A stretch of 64,000 bases of DNA from Vicugna vicugna (taxonomy: Eukaryota), in assembly GCA_013265495.1 (NCBI GenBank), contig MU058531.1, positions 2,542,911 to 2,606,910 on the forward strand. The letters are read 5' to 3'. The position numbers and the translations under genes are program-made. Of the stretch, positions 13,511 through 26,271 are shown one piece after another. Under the pieces are notes generated by a model. The model saw only the letters and a program-made list of their open reading frames with translations. It was not told the origin of the DNA and made no database searches. The stretch's first letter is position 1. The number at the start of each line of letters is the position of its first letter.

Positions 13511-15223
13511 ACTGTCTTTTCCATTGTCACGACACTGTGCCAGAATGAGGGGGTCTTCTCCCCCCTCCCTCCTTCCTTCTCTCTCTTTTTCTACCTATAC
13601 CAGGAGCCTCAGCTCTCCCCTTAAAAGTTCTCTCATTGTGGAAAATGCTTGTGCTCTATAGTTGGAGGATCATTGGCACAGTTGTTCCAGAAGTCTTTAA
13701 TTATTTTCCCTGTTTTCCATGCCATTTCTCATTTCTGTCCTCTCTCATACCTGCCAAGTCTAGACCTCTAATGCACAGCTGGCTCCCAGCTCTGCTGTAG
13801 TTCCCTGGTGGCATATGATGGACAGCTGCTTTCTCAGTTTAATCTGCTTTCTGTTTTCCAGAAAGTATCCTTTGGTGAATTCTCCAACACACCTTCATTT
13901 TATCTAATATTAAACATTTTATTCCTTTCTATAATTCTGTGCTTTTTGTTTCACTTGTATCTCACCATTGATGGGAAGCTAATACGTTAACTTAGTCTAC
14001 ATCTTGATTTTGAAAAACTTTTTTCCTTATCTTTGAAATAAGTGATTGGATGAGTTCATCTCTAAGGTCCCCATATATAAAATTTGTTTTTAAATATCAC
14101 ACAGATGCTAAGTCCCAACCTAAACTTAGATTATTCTGGCACCTTATTTTCTCTTTTAGCTCTACCCTTTCATGTTCTTTATTCTTTGGCTCATGTTTTT
14201 TTCCTGAGTTAAGTATATAGATATACATGGCCTTTGACCTGACTGAAAATTGCAAAGGAGAACTTTAAAAGTCAATAGTATAATCACAGGCTTTAATCAC
14301 ACTTTCTTTTATGTGATACCAGAAAGCATTGTATTAAAAATACAAAGATTGTGTTTTTCAAATTATGACATAGGCAGCTTTGAATACATTTTATTGCTTT
14401 TCTTATCAAATGAAAACATAAGCATGTATTGTATGTATGTGCTCACAAATTGTTTTTTCCCATTTTTGTATTAATCTTTACATATTTAATGATAATATTG
14501 ATCTGACTTATTGACCATAATATATATTAAAATTGTGTAATGTGAACAATGATGACAGCATCACAAGTCTTATGCCTTACATGGTTTTCATGTATTAAAT
14601 GTTATTGACTGATTTCTGTTGACTAGGTCACTAAATTTTAGCTGAAGTTCATCTTGACTTCATGGCTTTTATATCTCAAAAAATACCTTTACATACAATT
14701 TGAAAGATTTTTAGAAAAATAGTTGAGCAAAATAACTTTGGTGATGGGATAATTTTACTAATCCAAACAGAATTTATTGGAAGTTAAATCTAGAAAGGAC
14801 TTAGAGATTAAGAGATTATCTAGAGTCTAGTCCAGTCTTCCAGAAGAATGAATTTTCACACAGCTGCCAACTCACTGCTTACTGGGGTTAATTACAATAA
14901 TCTGCCTGGCTGGTTGAGTGTTTTTCTTCCTCCATTACTGCTTGTGGTTTCTCTTTTACTCATTGTATGCTTGGTGAAGAGGACAACTTCCCATATGGAG
15001 GGGCACCTTCAGTGTAGGCTATACTGTATGCTCAACTGCCACTAATAAATAGATTTTGAGTTTCACTGACCTAATATAATAAGGTTAAATCCATGTTTCT
15101 GGGTAAATACGTTTTTCTAAAAAAAAAAAAAGAGTAGTGCTTAAATATTATATAGCTTATTACTAGAATTTGAAAGGTAAATTAGATCATTTTAAAACAG
15201 TATTTTAAAGCTACTTAAATTTA

Positions 15224-15360
15224 TCGTTTTTAAATTAATTTTTTGCAGGGGGCAGGTTATTAGATTTGTTTGTTTATTTTAAGTGGAGGTACATGGAATT
15301 GAACCCAGGACCTCATGAATGCTAAGCACACACTCTACCACTAAACTATACCCTCCCCCC
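15224..15360 (-). mobile_element. tRNA-derived SINE (Vic-1-like)
   Basis: Reverse strand reads gggggagggtatagtttagtggtagagtgtgtgcttagcattcatgaggtcctgggttcaattcc, with A and B boxes. Degenerate TSD aaagctayttaaattta. Confidence 0.9.
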
Positions 15361-16222
15361 TTAAAAGCTATTTAAATTTAATTTTATTAATCCTTATTAT
15401 TTTAAAGAATTAATGTTTAATTAATTTAATTCTTAATATCTTAAAAGAATAAACTAGTACAGTATATTTAGTACAGAACTTCAGCAGGGGCTGATTTGTA
15501 TTTAGATTGAGATCAATGATTTAGTTTCTACTTTGACTTGTTACTCACTTTTTAGGGGAGTAAAAACATTTAAATGATTAATTGTAAGATAATTTAGTGT
15601 GCCATCTTTCCTTGAGTATTTTAAGCCATATTAGCAGATTATGTAGAAGCAAGTGGCTTATTATAAGCATCTTCAGAATCACATATTCAGTGTAATTTTC
15701 TGTCTGTAAAGAAATAGACATTTTCTTTTTGTATTAAAATCACTTGTGGGAACAGATACTTGTTAAAAATTCAGATTCCAGTGCTTGGCTCTAGACCTAA
15801 CTGAACTAAAATTTCTGGAGCTTAGAAATCTACATTTTTTTGCTTAAAATTTGAGAACAGCTGTTCTACAGGAAAGAACCCTGTCAGTGAGCTAGTGTTT
15901 TCTATACTTGCCAGCAGACATTTAGTAACTGCTAAAGTTCTCAGTATTTTAATGCTGACTAGACAACTTGATTAAGTAGACTAAAGTTTAGAGGAGGATT
16001 TATCTGATTAGTATGAATATAAAAACTGACACATAAATCTTCAAAATAAAATGATAGTCACATTTATGTGATTAATTAATGCCTTTATATTATGGCGACA
16101 CACAAAGAGTCAGCTTGTTTGTTTTGTAGTATATTTTGTTTTGCTACTTTAAACATTGCTTCTGTTGTTCTTGGAATACATATTCCTTTTTTATTTGATT
16201 GCCTGTCTGACTTCCTTCTCAG

Positions 16223-16252
16223 ACTAACAGCAGTGATCATGCAGCCATGTCG
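16223..16252 (+). CDS. EXOC6: Candidate 30-nt alternative EXOC6 microexon (TNSSDHAAMS)
   Basis: Sequence is cttccttctcag|ACTAACAGCAGTGATCATGCAGCCATGTCG|gtaagt. It has a consensus donor, no AG in 16130-16220, a length divisible by 3, and no stop in phase 0, which is the phase of the host intron. Confidence 0.65.
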
Positions 16253-16499
16253 GTAAGTAGATACAAGCTAAAACTAGCATGCAAATTAGAAAATAATGAA
16301 CTTCCTGCAGGCTTATTTTTCTCTGTTTAGGTATTTATAGTAAATTATCATTTTTTTTGGCAATGTCCTTGATATATTTGTAGTTTTGTGGAAACCGAAG
16401 TTTGAAGATAACATAAGTTGTTTTGGTAAAGTAGTCAAGATTTTCTAGGACTTGATTATGAAAGTTAATATTATGGTGCCTCTGTGGTGAGTGCAGCAC

Positions 16500-16695
16500 T
16501 TTGGGAAACCTCTCTGGTCACCTCATGCACAACAGGCCACACTTTGTAGATATTTTCCTTATCTAAAAATGAGTTCAGTAAGAGTATATACCCTATATAT
16601 TTTTGTGATGGTTAAATGAGGTGGTGTATACGAAATGTTTAGAAAAGTGCCTGGCACGTATTAAACACTCAAAAAATATTAGTTGTTATTATTAC
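16500..16695 (+). mobile_element. MIR SINE fragment
   Basis: ggttaaatgaggtggtgtatacgaaatgtttagaaaagtgcctggcacgtattaaacactcaaaaaatattagtt matches the MIR 3' end. Confidence 0.65.
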
Positions 16696-17029
16696 TTGTT
16701 TGTAAGACTGTGCTTTTCCTGAATGCTTTTTCTCTACAACACTTATCCCAATCTCTACTTGTAGAACTCTAACTCATTGTACAACCCAGTGAAGTTCATA
16801 ACGGAATGCAAATGTTTCTTCTTCACTCCAAATCCAGTACTGCTCTCCTGAATTGCCTTAGCTTTTACCGTCTTTAAAATGGCTTCACCATATTTTGGGT
16901 TTTTTTTATTTGTTTATCCTTTTCACCTCCAATTATGAGCTCTTGACAGCTGGGATAAGAACTCAAATATTGTCTGAACATATAGATATTGAAAATTCTT
17001 CTTACTAACAAAATCTCATCTAGCATTTG

Positions 17030-17690
17030 AAATTTAAATGTTTCTAACTTAACATTCTGTCCTTTCTGTTCTCATTTCTATTATTAAAGTTCAGTTTTTG
17101 ATTATTACAATTAGTTTCTGCGAACAGTCTCTCCTTATTCAGTTCATCCTACATATCAAAGCCAGATTATACTTTCCAAAGCACAGTTTAATTTTATTTC
17201 CCTATTCAAAAACTTCAGGGTCTCTCACTTATCTACTGAATTAAGTAAAAATTCCACAGGCTAGCAAAAAAAAAAAGAAAGAAAAGAAAAGAAAAGAAAA
17301 AAGAAAAGATCTCAGCCTCTTTCCATTATATTTCTGACCATTATTCAACATGGGCATCCAAAGTGGAAAATTCATTGTGTCCTGGATCTAACTTCAGTTT
17401 TCTACCCTGTCTTCATTTATAACTGTAAAAATTTTGGATCTCTTCCAAAAGCCAACTTTAATGCTACCTCTTTCATAAAGCTTTTGCTAATTCCACTTAA
17501 CCATATGTTGATACTTTGTCTCACTTTTAGGGTACTATTTATATTTTGTCTTGTACTATAGTTGTAGACTTCCCTTCTTTCTGCTATTGGAATTTAATCC
17601 CTTTATGTCAGAAACTACATCTACTCATCGTTGTATCTTCTGTAGCACCTAAAGAATGTCTTATACAGAGTAATTGCTTGACAAGTATTT
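17030..17690 (+). mobile_element. L2 fragment interrupted by an A/(GAAAA)n tract at 17267-17308
   Basis: L2-like phrases (gccagattatactttccaaagcacag, ttgtatcttctgtagcaccta). Confidence 0.5.
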
Positions 17691-18211
17691 TTAAAGTTAA
17701 TATGAGAGAAAAAGTAAAGATATGAACTATTATAAGTCTTTTTCTTGTATGTTTAAAAATTATGAAAACTATACTGCAAAAATCAGAATTTTTGAATCAA
17801 GAGGTGTTTTTTTTTTGTCAAATATAGAATGCTTTGTAGTTTTGAAGAGGAAGTCTGCAGTCTGTTATTTACAGGCAGAAATTTAGAAAATGTCTACGAA
17901 AGTTATTTAAACAATGGTATCAGTACTGATTAGAAATATTTATATGTTTACTCTTTCTTGCACACCTCCATGGAAGAATAATATAATAATTCAGACTACA
18001 GCTCTCTAGATGTATCTCTAGATAAATTGAGTGGTGATTTAAAAAAAAATAAAAGAACCAATAGCACCAAAATAACTGTTGCAAATTCCTAGCACTAAAG
18101 ACAGATACTTTGTCCTGCTGAAGAGATAGACCCTCATGCTTTCACTTGACCTTTTTGCTCATTTAATGCAGTAACTTAAGTACTTAATAAACTTGCTAAC
18201 AGGTTTCCTGC

Positions 18212-18252
<41 letters not shown>
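18212..18252. repeat. (AGAT)10 tetranucleotide microsatellite
   Basis: Perfect tandem AGAT array. Confidence 0.97.
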
Positions 18253-21200
18253 CGCATATTCAGAATACAGAAGTGATAGTAGCCCTCCTATCCAGAAAAC
18301 ATCGAATTGTTTCTTATCCTCTTGTTTAAGATAAATATGCATGAGAAATTTCAAAGGACTTGGCACTGGAATGTCCAGTGTTTTGAAAAAGTTACCTACA
18401 TGAGATAGTTCTTTCTATGGTGATAAATGAGGTATTTTTGTGACATGTTTTGATATCCATTTCCATACTTTTATAATAAGTTATTCCAAGTACACAAAAA
18501 TCAACAATAGCAAATGATCAACAGTATTATCAGTGCATTGGAGACAGAGAACTTTGGAGAAGATGTAAATGAAAAAGTCAAAAACAGTCAAAGCCCACTA
18601 TTAGAAATAGGATTTATATTTTTTCTTAAGCTTTTTCATAATGTAATAAAACAGTTAAGTAATTTTCACTGCTGGAAGTTAATTGCAAAAAAAAAGAGTC
18701 TTGCTTTTTAGTTGAAAGTGAACATACCTGAATTTTATAACTTTAATTCTTTTAGGTATTTATTAAGTTGATGTTTCTATTAGCTAAATGCTGACTAATC
18801 TTGGTGAGAAATTTAGCTTCTTAAGTTTGTAAGTCTTATGTGTGTGTATAGCACAGCATACTTAAATATTTCCCTGCTGTCAGATGTTACAGAAAACAGT
18901 GTTTTGGATTGTTCTTAATCAGGGCATAGTTGAAAGAAGTAGTATTAAAAGAGGGCTTTTAAAAGGAAACAGCATGAGAGCTTTAGTAGGAAGCCAGTGA
19001 ATTAGGAGAGAACTACAAGACCTGACGTGTAAATAGCAGATCATGGAAATGTAAGTGGAAATAATTAAAGTGGACTCTTCTCAGCCTATAGACACAAATA
19101 CACAGCATTAATACATACATGCATATGTGCACTTAACAAATATCCTATAACTTTACTCTTTAAAGACTATACATGAAAGAGACTGCATCATTGGTGCAGG
19201 ATTTCTGAGCAAAGTATCGTTTTGAACAGGAAGATTTGGTATTAAAAACAAATGAAAATGCACCATATGGCAATTTTACTACCAGATGGCAACAGAGAAT
19301 TCACGTTTAGAAAGTTACTTGAGTTTTTGTAGATAGGAGTAAGTTCTAGGAATACAAATGATATCTTCCCCTTTAACCTGTATTCCACAATAGAAGTTAA
19401 AAAAATAGAAGATTCTTATTTCTCTCCACCCCTCCTCCGAGTTAAATAGGCAAAAGTTGAAATCGGGGAAGAAAAGAGAGCAAAATTTGTGGATAAAAGG
19501 TTGTTTGAGTTGGAATTATGTTCTGTTGTGAGCAGATAAAGATAGCAAAAAGAAGGTCAGATCCCCTGAAGAGAAAAGAAGGAGACAGTAGGGAAAGATG
19601 TTGGAGTCAGAAGTTTCTTGTGCAAGCCAGGATCTGGTGATGTTAAAGAGCCTCTGTTTTTCTTTTCTTTTTTCTTTTTTTCCTCCTTGTGTGGAGGGAA
19701 CAGGAATGGATAGGAGTGAGGATATAGCTGATGGGAGAGGTGGAACAGCTTTGATGCATTCATACTTACAGAGTGTTTGCAGCTCAGGTGGAGAAAACAA
19801 AATGCAGCAGGCCAAGGCGCTGATACATACTCATTAAAAAACTTATGCAAGGTACTATAATATACAAAATGAAGACCTTAGAATTTATGAAGTCCCTACA
19901 AAGGCACATGTTTAGACAAGTATTACATATAGGGGAAGAATTCAGAACAGTGAGCAGCAACATTTTAATCACTTCCTTTTCTTCCGTTCATTTCATTGTA
20001 GGGAAGCTGTCACATTTTAAATCTTTCTACCTCTTAATGGAAATCAGCATGGTAGATGGTAGCATTGAGATTTAAAGCCTCTGTCTGTTCTTTGGAAACA
20101 AGAGGGCGCAGCTGACAAAGGCCTACTGTAAATGTCTGTGAGGACTTATTTTTCACTCTCAGAGTATTGTTGAATGTCATTTGTTTGAATGTCATTGTCT
20201 TTAGAAACAAATAATAAGTAGATAACTTACCTCGCTTGCTCCCTCCTTCTTTGTATGAGTTTTGTTTTAATTCACTTCCTCCCCTCACTTCGTACCTTTC
20301 CCTTACTCTTTTAAAATCCTATCCCAGGTACTCACTCAACTGGAAATGACTCTAATGAGGTAGTATCTACCCCAACCACATTCCCACAATCTAGGATTTA
20401 CCCCAGTGAAATTACCTGTTCAGAAAGCCCCTGACATTCTGGATGAGTATACCCGAAACCTTTGAGAATTTTCAAATTTGAGAATACTGCTATGCCATGT
20501 AATTTCTTTCAGAAAATGCTATAAAATATAATTGAAAACTCTACACCTTAATGAGTTACTTTATATATGTCAACTAACAGAAGACAGCAAAGCCAGATTG
20601 AGTTGAGGAGGTTGGGACTTTGCATTTAGTCTGAGTGGTTTCTGCCTTGCCAATACCCATTTCACAGAGCATGTTATTCAAATGTGTGTCTCAGCAAGTG
20701 AAGCCCTGCTTTTAGTGGACTCTCAGAGTCATTCCTAAAAGGTTGAAACCTAACTATAAATCCTTGAATGACAAGGACCTACTCTGTACTATGTTTAGGG
20801 CTCTGTTTATATCAGTCACCTACCTACATATATTAATAAGAGAGTCTGTTGACTTGGGTGACATTTGTCCATTTTACTAATGATCATGTAGAAACAACCT
20901 ATGCTGTCTAACCTATTAGTGATTCTGACAACTTCTTTGCAAATTTTAAGTCATACTGGAGTTGCAAAATAGTACATTTTAATGATTATATAGCCCTAAT
21001 ACCCTGAGCTTATGTAAAAGAGTAAGGATATGACTCTGCTGTCACAGAGCTGGTGCTTTAATAACAGTTCCTGGGATGCTGTAGTTTTTCGATCTTAATT
21101 CCTGTGGCTTGACCATAGTACTCAGTCACCACGTGGAAAATCATAGCTCATCTTAACTTGCTTTGCATTCCTTACATTTACCAAGTGAGAAAATTATAGG

Positions 21201-24200
21201 GCCTTGATATTTTATTGCTTCCCTACTTAAACATATATCTATTGCCCAATTTGCTGTTATCAAGTAGATTTAAGAGTCAGAAATAATCTCTGTCAGTTCC
21301 CACGTAGCATAAACTAGCTTCCTCTTCCTACTACCCTGGACAAAAGTACATGTCACTTTCACCATTTTATCTAGATTTCTGATACAATCAGTAACTTGGA
21401 AGCAGAAGCATTTCTTCAAAACCTAAAACTTCTTCTAGACTTTCTCTGTTCTCCTTTTCCTTGCATTCTCTTTTTGCCTATTAAAGTAGGATGAATTTGA
21501 AGATACCATGGGACTGCTGTGACAGCAACAGTGATACTTGGAGAAAGCTAAAAATTACATGTCATCTTAGGCCATGTTCACAATTCAAAAGATTGTCTAG
21601 AAAAAAGAAAAAGAAAAAGACTACCAAAGTTTGATGAGACCTATGGTTGGGATAAGGAAGTTGGGATAAGGCGTGAAATAGAAACTTGCCATATGTTACA
21701 CATGTCCTGAAGTGTCCTCAGTTTGGGAAATTTTTTCCCCTAATTTTAAGATATTTCTTCATTTAATCTGTATGTGTGTGTCCCAAGAGCAAACATTTAT
21801 GTTATGTCTCATATCCTTATGATTGAGAATTGTTAGGAGGAGAAAAGTCAAAGAGGGGAGAAAGGGAATTCATAATAGATTATGGGAATTGTGGTTGACT
21901 GATGTGGTAACCAGTTCTTTTGGGGCTAGAGCTATTTAGATGGGACAGAAAGAGAGTATGAGAGGAATATAGAAGTGTAAAGGAGGTATTTTAGAGAATG
22001 TTAGAGGTGTTAGAGTGAGTATATTTTGATAGACATATGAATTTTTTTGGCCTAATCTCAAAAAATCTGCCTTCAAGATAGTGCTAAAGTTATTATTAAA
22101 ACTCACTAAAGGAATACATCTTGATATTTAAACCTTTATAACTCATCCATTCTGTGTTATTGAGCATCTGAGACATTTCAGTATTATACAGAGTGTTAGC
22201 CAAAAAGTAGATTAAAACTTATCTTTCTAGATAGAGGAATCTTTGTGCATTTGTGAAATCATCTTGGGGAAGTTTTCATGTTTCATAGTGATGTTTTAGG
22301 TATGTTTTTTCCTGATTTAATAACATTCTTTACATTTAAGTAAATGCGGTTTTGTATAGTAAAATTTAAATTAGTGATTCTTATGTAAAATAGAAAGAAG
22401 AATAATAGATTTCTTAAATTAAAATGTTGTCTTTTCAACTAAGCATCTTTTTTTAATTAAGAATTTCTGATTTTAGTGTTTACTCCACAGATGAAAGACC
22501 TCACTCTTTTGGACTACATGTCTTTAAAGGCTCAAGTTGTGGCTCCTTAGGAGACTGACCAATTCATCAAAATACTTCCTTTCCTCTTTTGTCTTCCCTC
22601 CAAAAAGGCTATTTCAGAGTTTTATAACTGAAATTTATGTAGCAAATTGAGAGGCAACACGCTGAAATATTTTACTGTTTTTATTTAAATAACTTAAAAA
22701 ATTAATAACTTAAATAACTTTAAAAGGCTATATACAGACTCAGAATTAATAAATGTACTTACCAATGTTAGGTTTAATATTCAAGTTGACCATGATTTTA
22801 TTTCAGTTTTCCAGTTTTTCCTAACAAATATTACATAAGCTTTTAAAGCAAAACCTGTTACCAATTTAAAGAATAATAAATACAGTGCACAATATTTCTA
22901 AGTCTGTATTTTTTTTTTACTTAAATAAAAAGTAGCTTATTGTGCAAAGTTGATCTTTTGTAGGGGTATAATTAAAGGAAAAAGGACTCTCCTGGGATCA
23001 TTAAGGAAAGTAGACCAATACAGAAAGAGTGTTTGTGATTTCAAGAGCACATTTTTATGTTAAATGTATCTGAGAGAATGAAAGCAGTACTGAAAAATTC
23101 TTTCAAATAATTGCTATTGAAATCAAACCTTTTATTTTATTAGATCTTTGAAATAAGAGAATAGTGAGACAGAAATGAAAACTTCAAATGAAAATTTAAA
23201 TGTGTCAAATTAGTTTTTAAGTATTCTACATTTCTTCTGTTATATTAAAGTAGATCTATCAAAATGTTACTTTGAAACCAGAACAGTTCTGAGCCATAAT
23301 CTAATAAAATGTATTGTATTTTTGTTACCATGTCATTTTATGATGTTTCAAAGGAAACAGAGTATCTTGAGCCTAATCTATAATAGTAAATTATTTTGGA
23401 AATTTGGCTTGACATACAAACAGATGTGTTTTCCTGATTCCTTTTAAACTGAGGGTTGGTGGCTGGTGGTTTATTGTTCCTGTGATTGGCATTAAAAGCC
23501 TTATTTCACAGCTTGCAGTGGGGGACTGTTGGGTAAAGAGTGGCTGTGTTCCACAAACTAAATTCAAAAAGTGTCAATCAAGGCCTCACATAGGTTACTT
23601 AGAGAATGAGTTTTCTTACTGATTTCACTAAATGTCGCCTCATGCTGTCTTTGATTGGCACAGCCTGGCAGGGAGGATGGATGAATCTGTCACCGACTGG
23701 TTAATTGTGTTGCTGGTCTCAGTCTGACATCAGGTCTTTGACTCTTAAGTGGCTCAATACAAAACAAATTAGCAGATTGTAGTCATATTTCTCATTCTAT
23801 ATGCTTTGACTTTGTTGAATGCAGTCCATAAATCATATTGACTGACACACAAGTAAATGATGAAAGCTGCTTTTGAGACATGGATCTAGAAAGCAGCGCT
23901 GTGAAGGTGCCATGGAAGGATGCATATGGTTGACCCTCTGGGAATTTCCTAGGAGCCAAATGTCTCTTTACCACAATTGTTCTTAGAAGAAAAGCTTTTG
24001 GGTAATGCAAAAAGGATCTAATATGTCAGCAGATTCTCTTTTACAAGTTCCTTTGAAATATAAGAAGTTTGTCTAAGGGTTTTCTCTCTTTGCAAGTTGT
24101 TTTTCAGCAAAATGTTAGAGCAGGGTAAAAAAAAATAGTTACCTTTATAAGTTTGGCAGGTGTTTTTACTTATTTACTGAAATTTATGTTGTTAAAGAGA

Positions 24201-25364
24201 AAGAGAACGTTAACAGTAGTTGCAATTAATTTTTCAGATGAGGGCAGCAGAAATTTCTAGGTGCTTAAAATTTATTAAATGTGCTATGTTTTCTCAGTCA
24301 CTTCACTGAATTATTTTGGCTTTGTTGTAACGTTAAAAACCAAAGCATCTCCAATGAAAAAGTTTTTAAAGATAATTGTAAAAGTACTCATTTTGGTTCT
24401 AGAAAATGAAATAGTATTAAAAATAAAAGCATCAACAATAATAGCAAAATAGTGTTCAGAAAAGAGTGTTTTGCTTATTCCAAAGTGTACCAAGGGCTGC
24501 AGGCATCAAAAATGAATTACCAAAGATATTTTTTGGGTGTGCAAATTTCTGGAACATTAAAAATTTTCTCTGTTGAAATAAGTAATAGATAAAAGTTAAG
24601 AATATTTGTTCACATTTTATAGTTAGGAAGTAGACAGTTTAAAAAAATGTGTGATCTTATAGAATATAGCTTAAAAATTAAAAGAATTTGAACATTTGAT
24701 ATTAACTTAATTTTGAGCTATGAAAAGGAAGAATTCATTTCATCTGAATATTTTACAAATATTTTAAACTTCTATCTTTGAGAACAATAAGCCTGTATTT
24801 AATATGCATAATCAAAAGAAATTTGATACTAGGTTTTTGTTATTACATGCGTTGTTTAAACAGAAAGCTAAACTTGTATGAGTGTGTGTGTGTGCGTGCA
24901 CGTGCGTGTGTTTTCATTTCCTACATTCACCAAGTTTATGGAATAGCCTGTATTTTTGTACTAGTACCATCATTTTGGCTCCAGTACTTTGCTACAGAGT
25001 CATTTGTAGCATCTGAACCCATGTTAAAAGTTAAAGATCACCTTAAAATAATACCACTTACATAGTGTAATGTGTTTGTTTATGAAATGAATGTAATAGT
25101 AATTGTTTTGACAGTTTATTAATCTGCTTTTACAGTTAGTACATTATAGTAGCAACTTAAGCAGGACATGGAGCTGATTTGATGGAGAAAAGTACATTAA
25201 ACGAAAATGCACTAGTTGTTGCATTAAGCCAAAATGACATTTCCATTATGTATTCTCATTGTAATTAAATTACATGCTTTGATTTCTTCTTTTCTTGTCT
25301 CTCCCCCTCCCCCCATTCATATTGATATTATTCTGCTTGGGGCTTGGAGCTGCATGTCTCCTAG

Positions 25365-25379
25365 ACTAATTCCTCTTGG
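25365..25379 (+). CDS. EXOC6: Candidate 15-nt alternative EXOC6 microexon (TNSSW)
   Basis: Sequence is tgcatgtctcctag|ACTAATTCCTCTTGG|gtttgg. A long pyrimidine tract lies at about 25283-25320, with TGC motifs before the AG and GCATG downstream. It is in frame, but the donor is weak. Confidence 0.5.
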
Positions 25380-26238
25380 GTTTGGGGATCTTGAAGCATG
25401 CTGGGTTTTGCATTGTTGGTTACATTCCTTTTTGGCAGTTCATCAGTATCTGTCAAATACATTGTTTGCATCGGTTTTTATCTCTAAAGTTTTTGATCGA
25501 GAAATTGACATTCCATTTCAGATATGCAGTTTTTCATTGTGCATAGTGTCTAAATGCTTAAGATTCATAAAACACTCATAAAGACTCATAAAATTTGTTT
25601 CTAGTCTGACTTTGAATGTGCAATTTATTGAACAACTGTTCTAGTAAACATCTTGAAAACATATTTTTGTTTTTTCTTACTTTTCTAACAGATCAATCCT
25701 CTGTAAACATTCTTGTACCAATATTTTGCAGCACTGATGTTTGGAAGATTTTCATAATTTTGTAACTTTACTGACCTTTGTGATAAGTAGGAAAAAACAT
25801 AATTATCAAATATCACTGGGTAAATATTTGTTAATGCAAATGAGACAAAACATTGGCACATCTTCCAAAAGTCATTGTTTTTAATCCTGTTCATAGATCT
25901 TTGAATCCTATCATGAGAGTCAGTTCATTACCAATCACATAATTGTGGATTGGAGATAGTCGTACCAGGATCAGTATTATGCTGGAAAACTTTACCAAAA
26001 AGAATTTTTGTAATAGTTTATTATAATCTTTTAATTGAAAAATTTTTTAAAAGCCTGCTTAAAAGAATAATTTATACTAAATACAATATTATATTGTGAT
26101 TCAGTAATGTAATCTAGAGGCTGAACATTTAAAATTATTTTTATCATTTTTTAAGAAAATATAGCCTGAATCAAGGCTATCAGTGAAAATTTATGTTGAG
26201 TTTTAGGAGTTTATTATAGTAGAAAATATTTTATAGTG

Positions 26239-26271
26239 ATATATATATATACACACACACACATATATATA
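26239..26271. repeat. Compound (TA)n(CA)n(TA)n microsatellite
   Basis: atatatatatatacacacacacacatatatata. Confidence 0.85.

Noticed and set aside
19516..20288. Cluster of overlapping short ORFs on both strands
   Set aside because: No recognisable protein, partly low complexity, and consistent with chance.
25234..25581. 115-aa hydrophobic ORF over the 15-nt microexon region
   Set aside because: Explained by the T-rich splicing tract. It is in a different frame from the microexon peptide.
25665..25706. Strong-looking acceptor ttttcttacttttctaacag at 25691
   Set aside because: It gives INPL-stop in phase 0, or an 11-nt frameshifting exon with a poor donor, and has no other support.
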